Part shown: positions 1 to 8,932 of the stretch, one piece after another | How the letters are laid out: every line of letters starts with the position of its first letter | How positions within the stretch are numbered: the first letter of the stretch is position 1 | Source of the DNA: Candidatus Geocrenenecus huangii | GTDB lineage: Archaea; Thermoproteota; Nitrososphaeria_A; Caldarchaeales; Wolframiiraptoraceae | Length of the DNA stretch: 64,000 nt | Direction of reading: 5' to 3' | Assembly (NCBI GenBank): GCA_023254095.1 | Contig: JALNLM010000002.1 | Coordinates: 64,001 to 128,000 of the forward strand | Position numbers and translations under genes: made by a program | Notes under the pieces: generated by a model | What the model saw: only the letters and a program-made list of their open reading frames with translations | Databases searched by the model: none | What the model was told of the DNA's origin: nothing

Positions 1-28
1 AAGTTACTCTGTAGCATCTCTCAGCGGG

Positions 29-787
29 TTGCTGGTAGGCTCTGTAAGTAATATCTTAAGTACTTCTAGAAGTATAACATTTGGGTTAACGATGCTCCAC
101 GCGATCCTTGGTGGAAGTCTACTAGGAGTCTACCTTAACTTAATCTTTAATCTTGATCTGCCTATCCCGCTAATCTCTACTCTAGTAGCTATATGCTTAT
201 CTATTATGGTGGGAGAGCTGGTTGAGAAAGGGTTCTCTGAAGATATGTCGATCGCATTTACTGTATCTATCGCTACAACGATGACTATCGTTTTCGGATA
301 TCTTTCAAGCCAGATATCCAGTATAGCTCTAGCTAGGGCCTGGTCCTACATTGCTGGAACATCCGCTATAAGCACTTTCCAAGACTTACTTAAATTAGCC
401 ATAACTTTATTTATAGTATTGCCGATAACACATTTGTTTTTCAGAGAATTCAAATACATAGCTTTCGATGAGGATGGGTCAAAAGCCTTGGGTCTAAACA
501 TAAGAGTCTACAGGTACATGTTTTACAGTCTTGCAGCGATCTCTGCCTCAGTACTGTCTTCGACAATAGGGGTCTTAGCTACACATGTAGTACTATCTGT
601 CCCTGGATTTCTAATTCTCAAATTCTCCAAAAGATTAAGTATTGCTTTTACCTATCTATCTTCAGTTAGCATAATGATTCTGGGATATTATTTAGCAAGC
701 CTTTTATCTATTCCTCCAAGCGGCGGAGTAGGGCTAGTATCGATAGTTGCTGTCCTAGGAGTGGTAGTATATGGAAGACGATATTAA
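29..787 (+). CDS. Mn/Zn/Fe ABC-3 transporter permease (ZnuB/TroC-like), probably 5'-truncated by the window edge
   Basis: Highly hydrophobic; 'HAILGGSLLG' and 'FREFKYIAFDEDGSKALGL' match ABC-3 permease motifs; next to a DtxR-like gene. Confidence 0.8.
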   Translation: MLVGSVSNILSTSRSITFGLTMLHAILGGSLLGVYLNLIFNLDLPIPLISTLVAICLSIMVGELVEKGFSEDMSIAFTVSIATTMTIVFGYLSSQISSIALARAWSYIAGTSAISTFQDLLKLAITLFIVLPITHLFFREFKYIAFDEDGSKALGLNIRVYRYMFYSLAAISASVLSSTIGVLATHVVLSVPGFLILKFSKRLSIAFTYLSSVSIMILGYYLASLLSIPPSGGVGLVSIVAVLGVVVYGRRY

Positions 788-1220
788 GATTAGTCTTAGA
801 GAATTGGATTACCTTCTAGCCATATTCAAGAAGTCTAGGGGGTCTGGATATGCTAGAAACAAACATGTTGTAGAAGAACTCGGAGTCTCTAAGTCTACGG
901 CATCTCTGATGATTAAGAAGTTACGGAGAATAGGGTTAGTCTGTGGTAGTAGAAAGCTTAAGCTAACAAGTGTAGGTGAAGATATATTGATAGAGAAGTT
1001 CTGGAAGCATGGAGTTATAGAGAATGCATTACATCGCCTGGGGATCCCTCTGGATGAATCGTGTAGATTAAGCTGGAGGATTGAGCCTCTACTATCGAGA
1101 GAACTCGTTGAACACATATGGAAGACATTAGACGAGCCTAGTAGATGCCCATGCGGAATAAATCTCCCAGATAAGAGATCAAGCAAATCATTAAGAGAAT
1201 ACAATATATGCATTGCTTAG
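771..1220 (+). CDS. DtxR/MntR-family metal-dependent transcriptional repressor
   Basis: 'DYLLAIF..LGVSKSTASLMIKKL' HTH, 'KHGVIE' metal helix, 'PSRCPCG' tail. Confidence 0.85.
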   Translation: MEDDIKISLRELDYLLAIFKKSRGSGYARNKHVVEELGVSKSTASLMIKKLRRIGLVCGSRKLKLTSVGEDILIEKFWKHGVIENALHRLGIPLDESCRLSWRIEPLLSRELVEHIWKTLDEPSRCPCGINLPDKRSSKSLREYNICIA

Positions 1221-1501
1221 CCTTTATGGGAGATAGATCTGATGGAGTTCAAGACAAGTTTTATCATGGATAATATATCGTCCAGGGTTGTAAGAAGAGA
1301 TAAGATAGTCCTATCGGAGTTGACGTAGACTTCAAGTTTTTCTCCTTCAACCTTCATGTTCAGTTCGAGGCCTCTTGGAAGTGGATAGTTGTCGGGATAT
1401 ATAGATTTCAAAACAATCTCGGCTTCTTCAGCAGTTTCGAAATACAGCTCCATCCTCGCATAAGTTTTAACTTGCGAGTACTTCTCCGACAATGGAGTCA
1501 A
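1217..1501 (-). CDS. pcc1: KEOPS complex subunit Pcc1
   Basis: 'AEIVLKSIYPDN' motif, 94 aa, conserved position after uS15-DHH. Confidence 0.75.
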   Translation of the reverse strand: MTPLSEKYSQVKTYARMELYFETAEEAEIVLKSIYPDNYPLPRGLELNMKVEGEKLEVYVNSDRTILSLLTTLDDILSMIKLVLNSIRSISHKG

Positions 1502-2894
1502 CCTCTGCCAGGAACATAGTCTTCTTAGCTAGCGGTATCTCTGCTCCGGCGGCTACGTTATGCCCTCCTCCTACGCCTCCAACTCTCTCAGCTGCTTTCT
1601 TCATCACTATGCCTAGATTTAATCCCCTCTTTACTAACTTCATCGAAGCTCTCGCAGAAGCTTTAACTCTATCTCCCTTTGTAGCTAACATTATTAGAGG
1701 CTTATCTTCTGGAAGTAGGTCTGAAGATGAGAGTATTGATGAAGCTGAGCTAACCATTCTCTCTTCTATCATTGTTCCACCATCTATCGCAATTATATAT
1801 TTAAGTTCTTGCCAGTTCTCTCTTCTAATTAAATATTCTAAGACTTCTGAGAGTCTTCTCTTATATTCTTCGAGTATCTTCTGCGCTTGTAGTAGTATCT
1901 CTCCCCTTGAACCCATAGCTATTGCTATGCCTACCCACTCATTCTCTGTTTTACCGCAAGCATTAAGTAAAGATGCATATTCTCTGGCATCCTTCAACGG
2001 GGTCCATTCTTCTTCTCTAGTAAGCTCATACACTTTTCCAACTAATTCATTTACGATGCTAGGAGGGAAATTAAGGGAAGATAGATACTTCATTAAACCA
2101 TTATAGATCGTTTTCTTCTCATCTTCGCTTAGTTCTGCGAAAACTCTCCATCTATCATCTTCCTTAAGTCTTATCTGAATAGAATTGAGGAAGCTTACTG
2201 CATGAGCTTCACTTCCAGAGATTCCTGGAATATATGGGCTTGTTGTTGAAGCTAATGCTAAATGTATGGGACGGTAGCTCCTACCATAGAATAAGAGGTC
2301 GTCTGAAACTTTTAGTAGACCTGACCTCACAGCATCTTCGACTATTAGCTTATTTAATCCATCTAGCTCTCTTTTCCCAGAAGACTTATCCTGCAGATCT
2401 CCAAGCGCCCCAACTATTGCTACAGGCGAGAGCGAGATGTTTTCCTCTGATAGAGACTTAGCTACGAGGTATGCTATTCCTGAGCTACTTATCTCTTTTG
2501 CACCGTCGATACCGCATAAATGTGGGTTAACGTGTACCCAATGCTTTTCTGATTCTCCGTCAGGTTGGTGATGGTCTAGTATAACGAATTTTCTATCAGC
2601 GAATTTTTCTCTTAGTATTCTTATGTATCCGCTTCCAATATCGGTTAAGAGTATCACTATATCTTTCTGGAGATTGGGAATACTCTCTATGACCTCATCG
2701 ATGTTTTTTACCGATCTAGTGATAAATCTTGCATTCATTCTCAATAACATTACCGAAGATATGGACCCAGAAGATAATCCATCAGCATCTATATGACAGA
2801 ATACCATAAAGCTGTTTCCATTCTCAACAAGTTCTCTAATCTTTTCAGAAGCATTACCTACCATTGCTAGAAAATCTCTATGACTCATGGTCAA
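1467..2894 (-). CDS. DHH-family phosphoesterase (archaeal RecJ/Cdc45-like)
   Basis: HIDADG, LTDIG, LDHH, GDLQD, GGGH motifs; downstream of uS15. Confidence 0.9.
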   Translation of the reverse strand: MTMSHRDFLAMVGNASEKIRELVENGNSFMVFCHIDADGLSSGSISSVMLLRMNARFITRSVKNIDEVIESIPNLQKDIVILLTDIGSGYIRILREKFADRKFVILDHHQPDGESEKHWVHVNPHLCGIDGAKEISSSGIAYLVAKSLSEENISLSPVAIVGALGDLQDKSSGKRELDGLNKLIVEDAVRSGLLKVSDDLLFYGRSYRPIHLALASTTSPYIPGISGSEAHAVSFLNSIQIRLKEDDRWRVFAELSEDEKKTIYNGLMKYLSSLNFPPSIVNELVGKVYELTREEEWTPLKDAREYASLLNACGKTENEWVGIAIAMGSRGEILLQAQKILEEYKRRLSEVLEYLIRRENWQELKYIIAIDGGTMIEERMVSSASSILSSSDLLPEDKPLIMLATKGDRVKASARASMKLVKRGLNLGIVMKKAAERVGGVGGGHNVAAGAEIPLAKKTMFLAEVDSIVGEVLAS

Positions 2895-2947
2895 GGCTCC
2901 TCGTGCTATCCAGCTACATATTATATGGAGACTTACCCTTAATTAAT

Positions 2948-3394
2948 CTACTTGTATGTATATAGTAGTTTAGGCTCCCAATCTTCTGGCAGCTCTCCTA
3001 TACGCTTATAGTATTTAACCAATCTGTGGATTTTCGCTTCAACAAGCTGTAGTCTATGTCTATTGTATTTGTCGGATCTATTCTTCTCGATGTGATTCCT
3101 CATCCTCCTAGCTCTCTCAATTAAATTCATCAAGTCATCTGGTATGCTGGGTTTGACTCCATTCTCTTCAAGTATTTGCTTTACGGTCTTCCCAGTAACC
3201 TGCTTAACTAGAGGGACGCCGTGACGGTCTCTGAGTATAACACCTATCAAGCTTGGGGAATAACCCTCCTTAGCATATTTTACCACGAGGGCCTCAACTT
3301 CTTCTGGAGTAACTTTTAACCATGAAGGAGGTAGCCTACTAATAGGTCTCTTGGAACCCGACTTCCCTCTTCTCCTAGCATGCATCCTAGCCAT
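2948..3394 (-). CDS. rps15: 30S ribosomal protein uS15 (S13e)
   Basis: '[17 protein letters not shown]', '[12 protein letters not shown]'. Confidence 0.98.
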   Translation of the reverse strand: MARMHARRRGKSGSKRPISRLPPSWLKVTPEEVEALVVKYAKEGYSPSLIGVILRDRHGVPLVKQVTGKTVKQILEENGVKPSIPDDLMNLIERARRMRNHIEKNRSDKYNRHRLQLVEAKIHRLVKYYKRIGELPEDWEPKLLYTYK

Positions 3395-3631
3395 ACTAGA
3401 TGAACCGAGAGATAATTCTAGGAACTAATATTTAACTTAAAAGTATCTCAGGATAATAAGCCGTACAGGATATGGGCTCAGATTCCCAAAATAGGATGAT
3501 AAATAATTAATGTGTAGGATTAAGATTAAGAGAAGATAAATGTTTTAACAGATGGAAAACTATCCATGTAAGCAATAGAACGAATATGCTTATTCCAACT
3601 TTCATGTCAAGGAAAAGGAATTTTAAGTATG

Positions 3632-3753
3632 TAGCCCGGGCCGGATTCGAACCGGCGTCCCCGGGGGTCCCCTCATATAGATTTGATCCAGAGCCCGGGA
3701 TCCCTGGCCCATACTCATCCGACCAGCATGTTTGGCCGCTAGACGACCGGGCT
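3632..3753 (-). tRNA. tRNA-Gln(CTG) with two BHB introns (28 nt at 21/22, 3704-3731; 21 nt at 37/38, 3667-3687)
   Basis: Spliced sequence AGCCCGG..TAGCGGCCAA|GGATCCCGGGCT-CTG-G|CCCCGG..GGTTCGAATCC..CCGGGCTA folds to a 73-nt cloverleaf; both introns have 3-nt bulges around a 4-bp helix; CCA not encoded. Confidence 0.95.
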
Positions 3754-3794
3754 TTCGATAATATAGATTGAATAGCGGTTCTTAAATCTATCCT

Positions 3795-3837
3795 TCAGTC
3801 CGACCTACTAATCATCCTGATGGACGTTCCTCATCTA
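3795..3837 (-). ncRNA. Candidate box C/D guide sRNA
   Basis: Minus strand TAGATGA-GGAACGTCCA-TCA-GGATGA-TTAGTAGGTCGGA-CTGA: C-like, C'-like and perfect D box with 10-13 nt spacers; D' box poor. Confidence 0.35.
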
Positions 3838-4004
3838 AACTTATCTATAGGGGATTTTCGATATTATATGATCTTGTTTCATGTTCTGATTTTTTCCAGG
3901 CCTTGCTAAGGATATTTTATTCAACTTCTGGTATGTCTCTTCTACCTTTATGGAAAACTTTTTATGAATGGTCTACTTAACATATTTACAAGGAGGGGTT
4001 ATCG

Positions 4005-4148
4005 ATGAAATTAATCTCTGTCAAGATGCCTGAAGCTTTGATTGAAGGTATGGATGAGCTCGTAAAGAGAGGCGTTTACCCAAGTAGGAGTGCGTTGATG
4101 AGAACTGCTGTTAGAGACTTATTAAAGAAAGAATTATGGAAACAGTAA
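4005..4148 (+). CDS. Small ribbon-helix-helix (CopG/CdrS-like) protein, 47 aa; not in the ORF track
   Basis: Translates MKLISVKMPEALIEGMDELVKRGVYPSRSALMRTAVRDLLKKELWKQ; AGGAGG SD upstream. Confidence 0.9.
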   Translation: MKLISVKMPEALIEGMDELVKRGVYPSRSALMRTAVRDLLKKELWKQ

Positions 4149-4155
4149 TTTTGAG

Positions 4156-4869
4156 CTATGTTCTCCCTCTTCTAGATTCTAGGAAAGGCATATTGTTAAC
4201 GGTGACTATTCTACCGTAGAAATACTTCATGTCTGAGACGTAAGGCGTATACGATATCTCTTCTTTACTATTTGAAGCAAGATATTTTATGAATGGGGTT
4301 GATGGAGGTTCTAAGCTTTCAAAGTAAAAGAAGACTGGTAAAGCATTTGCCTCATAGTAATCGAAGAACGGTACTATCAATCCAAGTATGTGTCGTTTCT
4401 TGTCTTTCATAAAATGCCATAGGGGTGGAGATACAGAAGCATCACTCATCATTACCAGAACTCTCATAAGGGAATTGAGATCTTTTGTTTTTATCGTTAA
4501 TGGCTTCTGAGTTAACTGTTTCCTTCTACCTAACGCTTTACTTATCAATTCCGGTTCATCTTCTGTCTCGATTATAGGTCCATAAGCATATTTTGTATCA
4601 TCGGAACTATTAGTAAAGAATACCTCCTCCTTCCCTATATTAGTGTATGCCACGTAGCCTTTTGGTTCTTCTTCAATATATGTGTAGGCGAAGATCGGTA
4701 GATTTCCTCTCCAGTATGGTATCGAGGATAAGTGGCCGATTATCCATTTCCCGTTTCTATTGAATGTCCAGTATAGAGGTTGAATATCTGTTCTAGACAT
4801 GGCAAGTCTTGCCAGATTTAATAAGTCTGCAACCTGTATAGCGATTGGAGGTTTACGGAGTCTTTCCAC
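4156..4869 (-). CDS. Hypothetical protein made of two tandem copies of a ~110-aa TACK-type domain
   Basis: Halves align: 'IQVADLLNLAR..LPIFAY..KEEVFFT..DTKYAYGPII' vs 'IKTKDLNSLMR..LPVFFY..KEEISYT..DMKYFYGRIV'. Confidence 0.7.
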   Translation of the reverse strand: MERLRKPPIAIQVADLLNLARLAMSRTDIQPLYWTFNRNGKWIIGHLSSIPYWRGNLPIFAYTYIEEEPKGYVAYTNIGKEEVFFTNSSDDTKYAYGPIIETEDEPELISKALGRRKQLTQKPLTIKTKDLNSLMRVLVMMSDASVSPPLWHFMKDKKRHILGLIVPFFDYYEANALPVFFYFESLEPPSTPFIKYLASNSKEEISYTPYVSDMKYFYGRIVTVNNMPFLESRRGRT

Positions 4870-4958
4870 GTCTGACTCTAATCTGTATATTCACCTACTT
4901 AAATATTAGTTTTCGATTATTACAATTCTGAAAAGTCGGAACTTTAAGCTTCTCTCTA

Positions 4959-5402
4959 TTATATTTTTCTAATTGCACTCTTAGCGCCACATACCTCGCA
5001 TAGCAGAAACCTGAATCTTTTTTCGGCTACTATTCTTGTATCTAGTCCTCCGCAAACTGGGCATTTAACAAATTCTTTAACGTATAATTCTAAAAGTTTT
5101 CTTAATTCTTCATTCGTAACTCTTCCTTGTATTAAGAGCCTCTCTCCTTGAATAGTTCCTGCTTTTGCAGATTCTTTCAAGATAAATCTTGCCAGATGTT
5201 CAGGTTCTCTATTCAACGTATTCGCTATATTAGTAAAGTTTGATATTACCGTCCTCTTAGATTCATGTATGATTACTGGATTAACTACTAAGACTCTATC
5301 CCCGATTTTTCCAAGAGTTTGAGGAAGATCGGCCATAACTTTCTCTAAGAAAAACTGGTAACCTTCTCTCGTCTTAGCGAATTCAATAATATTTTTATCC
5401 AA
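4959..5402 (-). CDS. eif2b: Translation initiation factor aIF2 subunit beta
   Basis: 'TVISNF..LNREPEHL', C-terminal CPVC..CEVCGA zinc ribbon. Confidence 0.95.
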   Translation of the reverse strand: MDKNIIEFAKTREGYQFFLEKVMADLPQTLGKIGDRVLVVNPVIIHESKRTVISNFTNIANTLNREPEHLARFILKESAKAGTIQGERLLIQGRVTNEELRKLLELYVKEFVKCPVCGGLDTRIVAEKRFRFLLCEVCGAKSAIRKI

Positions 5403-5535
5403 TTCCGGTAATCCACCTGGATATACAGGCTCAACCTAGGAATTAAACTTTAGCTTACGGGCCGACCCACTCAAGGTTAAAAAAAGAATAACGTTAATGA
5501 ATGACCTTACACATTCTCCACGTTAGTGATTCATC

Positions 5536-6858
5536 GTGGGATTAAAAGACTACTGGATAAAAGATCAGAGTCTAGACAGTATCGGTGATAAGAAGATCCG
5601 CTGGGCGGAACGTGAAATGCCTGTATTGAGAATGATTAGAGAAAGATTCTCAAAAGAAAAACCTTTAAAGAATATCAGGATCGGTGCATGTCTTCACATA
5701 ACGAAGGAGACAGCTGTACTCGTCAAAACTCTACGGGACGGAGGGGCTGAAGTCTATCTATGCGCATCAAACCCTCTAAGCACCCAAGACGATGTGGCCG
5801 CAGCCCTAGTCAATGAAGGTTTCCACGTCTACGGGTGGAGAGGTATGAATCAAAAAGAATACTACGAATGTATTGGGCACGTCTTGTATAGTAGGCCAAA
5901 CGTAACGATCGATGATGGAGCCGACTTAGTTACTTCTATACACAAAATACGCTATGGAATTATTTCAAGCGAGATACAGCACGCGATCAGTATTCTCGGT
6001 AGCGTAACAGGAGAAGAAATCGTCAAGAATATCATGGGCGGCTGCGAGGAGACCACAACTGGAGTGTATCGTCTAAGGTCTCTTTCAAGTCAGGGTAAAC
6101 TTCTGTATCCGATCATAGCCGTAAACGATGCAGCTTCTAAAAGCTTATTCGATAATCCAGTTGGAACTGGTCAATCAGCTTTAGATGGGATAATTAGAGC
6201 TACGGGCACCCTCATTGCAGGCAAAGACATAGTAGTTGCAGGCTATGGTAGAGTAGGTTCGGGGATAGCTGTTAAAGCTAGAGGATTAGGTGCAAGAGTA
6301 ACGATTGTCGAGGTAGATCCTATAAATGCTCTACGTGCAGCAATGGAGGGATTTAGAGTTGAATCTATGTCTACGGCTGCGAAACATGGAGACATCTTCA
6401 TAACAGCCACAGGGAACATAAACGTGATAAGGAGGGAGCATTTCCAAGTAATGAAGGATGATGCAATATTGGCAAATGCAGGACACTTCGATGTAGAGAT
6501 ATGTAAGAAAGATCTAGAAGAACAGAGTGTACGAGTTGAGACGGTTACCGACTGCATAACCACATACTTGATGAAAGATGGTAGAAGGCTGCATCTCCTC
6601 GGAGAGGGGAGGCTGGTGAACCTTGCATGCGCAGAAGGGCATCCGAGTGCTGTAATGGACATGTCGTTTAGTCTTCAAGCACTCTCATCAGAATACATCG
6701 TCAAGAATCGTGGAGTTCTCCCGGTAGAAGTTATCACTGTGCCTAGAGAGATTGATCTTACAGTTGCAAAATTAAAATTAGCGTCGATGGGGCTTGAGCT
6801 AGAAGAATTGACTGATGAGCAGAAGAAGTATCTAGAGTCTTGGCATCTTGGAACTTAG
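5536..6858 (+). CDS. ahcY: S-adenosylhomocysteine hydrolase
   Basis: CLHIT, SNPLSTQD, EETTTG, GRLVNL..EGHP motifs. Confidence 0.97.
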   Translation: MGLKDYWIKDQSLDSIGDKKIRWAEREMPVLRMIRERFSKEKPLKNIRIGACLHITKETAVLVKTLRDGGAEVYLCASNPLSTQDDVAAALVNEGFHVYGWRGMNQKEYYECIGHVLYSRPNVTIDDGADLVTSIHKIRYGIISSEIQHAISILGSVTGEEIVKNIMGGCEETTTGVYRLRSLSSQGKLLYPIIAVNDAASKSLFDNPVGTGQSALDGIIRATGTLIAGKDIVVAGYGRVGSGIAVKARGLGARVTIVEVDPINALRAAMEGFRVESMSTAAKHGDIFITATGNINVIRREHFQVMKDDAILANAGHFDVEICKKDLEEQSVRVETVTDCITTYLMKDGRRLHLLGEGRLVNLACAEGHPSAVMDMSFSLQALSSEYIVKNRGVLPVEVITVPREIDLTVAKLKLASMGLELEELTDEQKKYLESWHLGT

Positions 6859-6862
6859 TCAG

Positions 6863-7300
6863 CTATTTCCGGACCCCTGCTTCTCTAATCTTCTCAGATA
6901 ATACTTCTATTATGCTTTTTAGTTCTTCCGCTCTATTAAGGTATTGTTGAAGTCTCTGCTCGAAGTTTTGAATTGCTTGTAGAAGATTTTCTCTCCTCTT
7001 CTCAATAATCTCTCTTCCCTCGGCTGGAGTTTTAGTAATTACTATGCCAGCTCCGACGCTTACCTCAATCTTATCTTTATCAACTATTTCTGCGTGGACG
7101 TAATTTCCTCCACCTATAGGTAGCAGAACCTTCATACCCGATTCGGTTTTTATCAGTTCCTCAACGAAGTTCAATGCACCTTCATGCTCTGCCGCGATAG
7201 CCTGGAGGGTGGTGATCCTAGCCCTCACATCATTTATCAACTGATCTAAGAGCTGGAGCTCTCCGATAGCTCTATTTAATTGTTCTTCTAAACTAGACAA
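6863..7300 (-). CDS. pfdA: Prefoldin alpha subunit
   Basis: Coiled coils flanking 'LLPIGGGNYV..VSVGAG' hairpins. Confidence 0.9.
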   Translation of the reverse strand: MSSLEEQLNRAIGELQLLDQLINDVRARITTLQAIAAEHEGALNFVEELIKTESGMKVLLPIGGGNYVHAEIVDKDKIEVSVGAGIVITKTPAEGREIIEKRRENLLQAIQNFEQRLQQYLNRAEELKSIIEVLSEKIREAGVRK

Positions 7301-7563
7301 TGACTCTACACCTTTGATTTCTAATTGTTGAAGGCTATATATGTTTATTTTCCTTCAAGGGGAAAAAGCCTAACCAGTAACGTTCCCACTTCTACACAAT
7401 GGTCCTGCGCACAATGCTAGAAGTGTTTAAATCTAGTTAAAGATTGCTGGGTTTAAATACAATGGTCGCCAGATGCAAGATGTTTTATTAGGGGGATTAT
7501 CTACCCTCGATTTGAGGTAAGGTGTATAAAGATGAATGCAGGATTCAGTGGAGGTGGCTGAGC

Positions 7564-7911
7564 ATGGAGATAAGAGAAGCCCAGAAGATCGTATTGAGAT
7601 TCGAGGAAGCTAGAAGATGGAATCTTTTCAAGGAATCCCAGATATTCACACATTTAATCGAGGAGATTTCTGAAATAGGGAGGCACATACTTGTTAGAGA
7701 GGGATACAAAGCTCGTGAGCTGGGACATCAGGTCCCCGATGAAGATGTTTCAAGAGAATTTGCTCAAGCATTTACTCTCTTTCTCCAGCTAGCAAATAGG
7801 ATGAACGTAGACCTTGAAGACGCCTTTGTTAGAGAGATGGAGATAATGGAGAAGAGATTCAGCCGAGAAGATTGGAGAAAATACATGGACTCCTCATACC
7901 CTAAGGCTTAA
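7564..7911 (+). CDS. MazG-like NTP pyrophosphohydrolase
   Basis: 'HLIEEISEI..EFAQ..LANRMNVDLEDAF'; ATG at 7564 follows GGAGGTGG SD. Confidence 0.75.
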   Translation: MEIREAQKIVLRFEEARRWNLFKESQIFTHLIEEISEIGRHILVREGYKARELGHQVPDEDVSREFAQAFTLFLQLANRMNVDLEDAFVREMEIMEKRFSREDWRKYMDSSYPKA

Positions 7912-8917
7912 GCATAATTCTTCCGAAATGCTTTCTCTCTCTAATCATCCTATGAGCTTCTTCAACCTCTTCTAATGGGAAGACTTTTGTAACCGGATTA
8001 ACTTTCCCAGTTCTATGAAGTTCTAATGCTTCAGCCAGTTCTTTACGAGTACAAGAAAGCGATCCATGCAGGCTTACTTCTTTTAAGATGAAGTGACCTA
8101 GGGCTAGCGGGATAGGCTCCGGCTTAATGTTTCCTACCTGAATTATTCTCCCACCCCATCTAACAGACCTCAAGCTCTCAATTATTGTTAACCCAACGCA
8201 CTCCAAAACCATATCTACCCCCATTCCACCAGTAATCTTCTTCACTTCTTCTGAGTATGCTCCATCCCTTGAAACAATTACGTGGTCTGCTCCTATTTTG
8301 TATAAATTATCAACAAACTCTACTCTACCCGTAACCGCTACTACTTCTGCTCCATAGCTCTTAGCGACTTGGATAGCGTGTACTCCTACACCTCCAGTTG
8401 CACCCGTTATCAATACTTTTTCATCCTCCTTTAGTCCACCCCTACTCTCTAGAGCATGTATCAGCATAGCTGTTACACATGCAGATATGGCTACGGCCTC
8501 TGATGATACGTCTTCGGGGGCTTTCACCAGGCTTCGAAAGTTAGTTTTGAGATACTCTGCATAAGAACCGTGGATATCTTCTCCGAACCATAACCTTCTT
8601 CTACAGATGTTTTCTTCCCCTCTTCTACATTCGGGGCATTGACCACACGGTATATAGGTCAAGCTTGCGACTCTATCACCTTTCTTAAATTCACTTACCT
8701 CTTCTCCGACATCTACGACTCTTCCACATACTTCGTGGCCCAGTATTATCGGCAATCTCGTCTTCGGAAAGTATCCATCAACTGTCAGTATATCTCTATA
8801 GCAAACCCCGGTCATCTCCATCTTTAATAGAACTTCACCTTTTCCTAAGGCTTCTATATCCTCTACCTCTTCTAATCTTAAGGGAGTCTTGAACCCTCTC
8901 AGTACGACTGCTTTCAC
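7901..8917 (-). CDS. Zn-dependent MDR dehydrogenase, acryloyl-CoA reductase-like
   Basis: 'CYRD', 'LGHE', CxxCxxC(7)C zinc site, 'TGATGGVG'. Confidence 0.85.
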   Translation of the reverse strand: MKAVVLRGFKTPLRLEEVEDIEALGKGEVLLKMEMTGVCYRDILTVDGYFPKTRLPIILGHEVCGRVVDVGEEVSEFKKGDRVASLTYIPCGQCPECRRGEENICRRRLWFGEDIHGSYAEYLKTNFRSLVKAPEDVSSEAVAISACVTAMLIHALESRGGLKEDEKVLITGATGGVGVHAIQVAKSYGAEVVAVTGRVEFVDNLYKIGADHVIVSRDGAYSEEVKKITGGMGVDMVLECVGLTIIESLRSVRWGGRIIQVGNIKPEPIPLALGHFILKEVSLHGSLSCTRKELAEALELHRTGKVNPVTKVFPLEEVEEAHRMIRERKHFGRIMLKP

Positions 8918-8932
8918 ATTCTCACTCCATCC

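Noticed and set aside
3586-3771. 61-aa ORF, and the similar 66-aa ORF at 17646-17846
   Set aside because: Both overlap the tRNA-Gln genes and are translation artefacts
4935-4944. GTCGGAACTT, complementary to the same 23S segment
   Set aside because: No C/D box arrangement around it; likely chance
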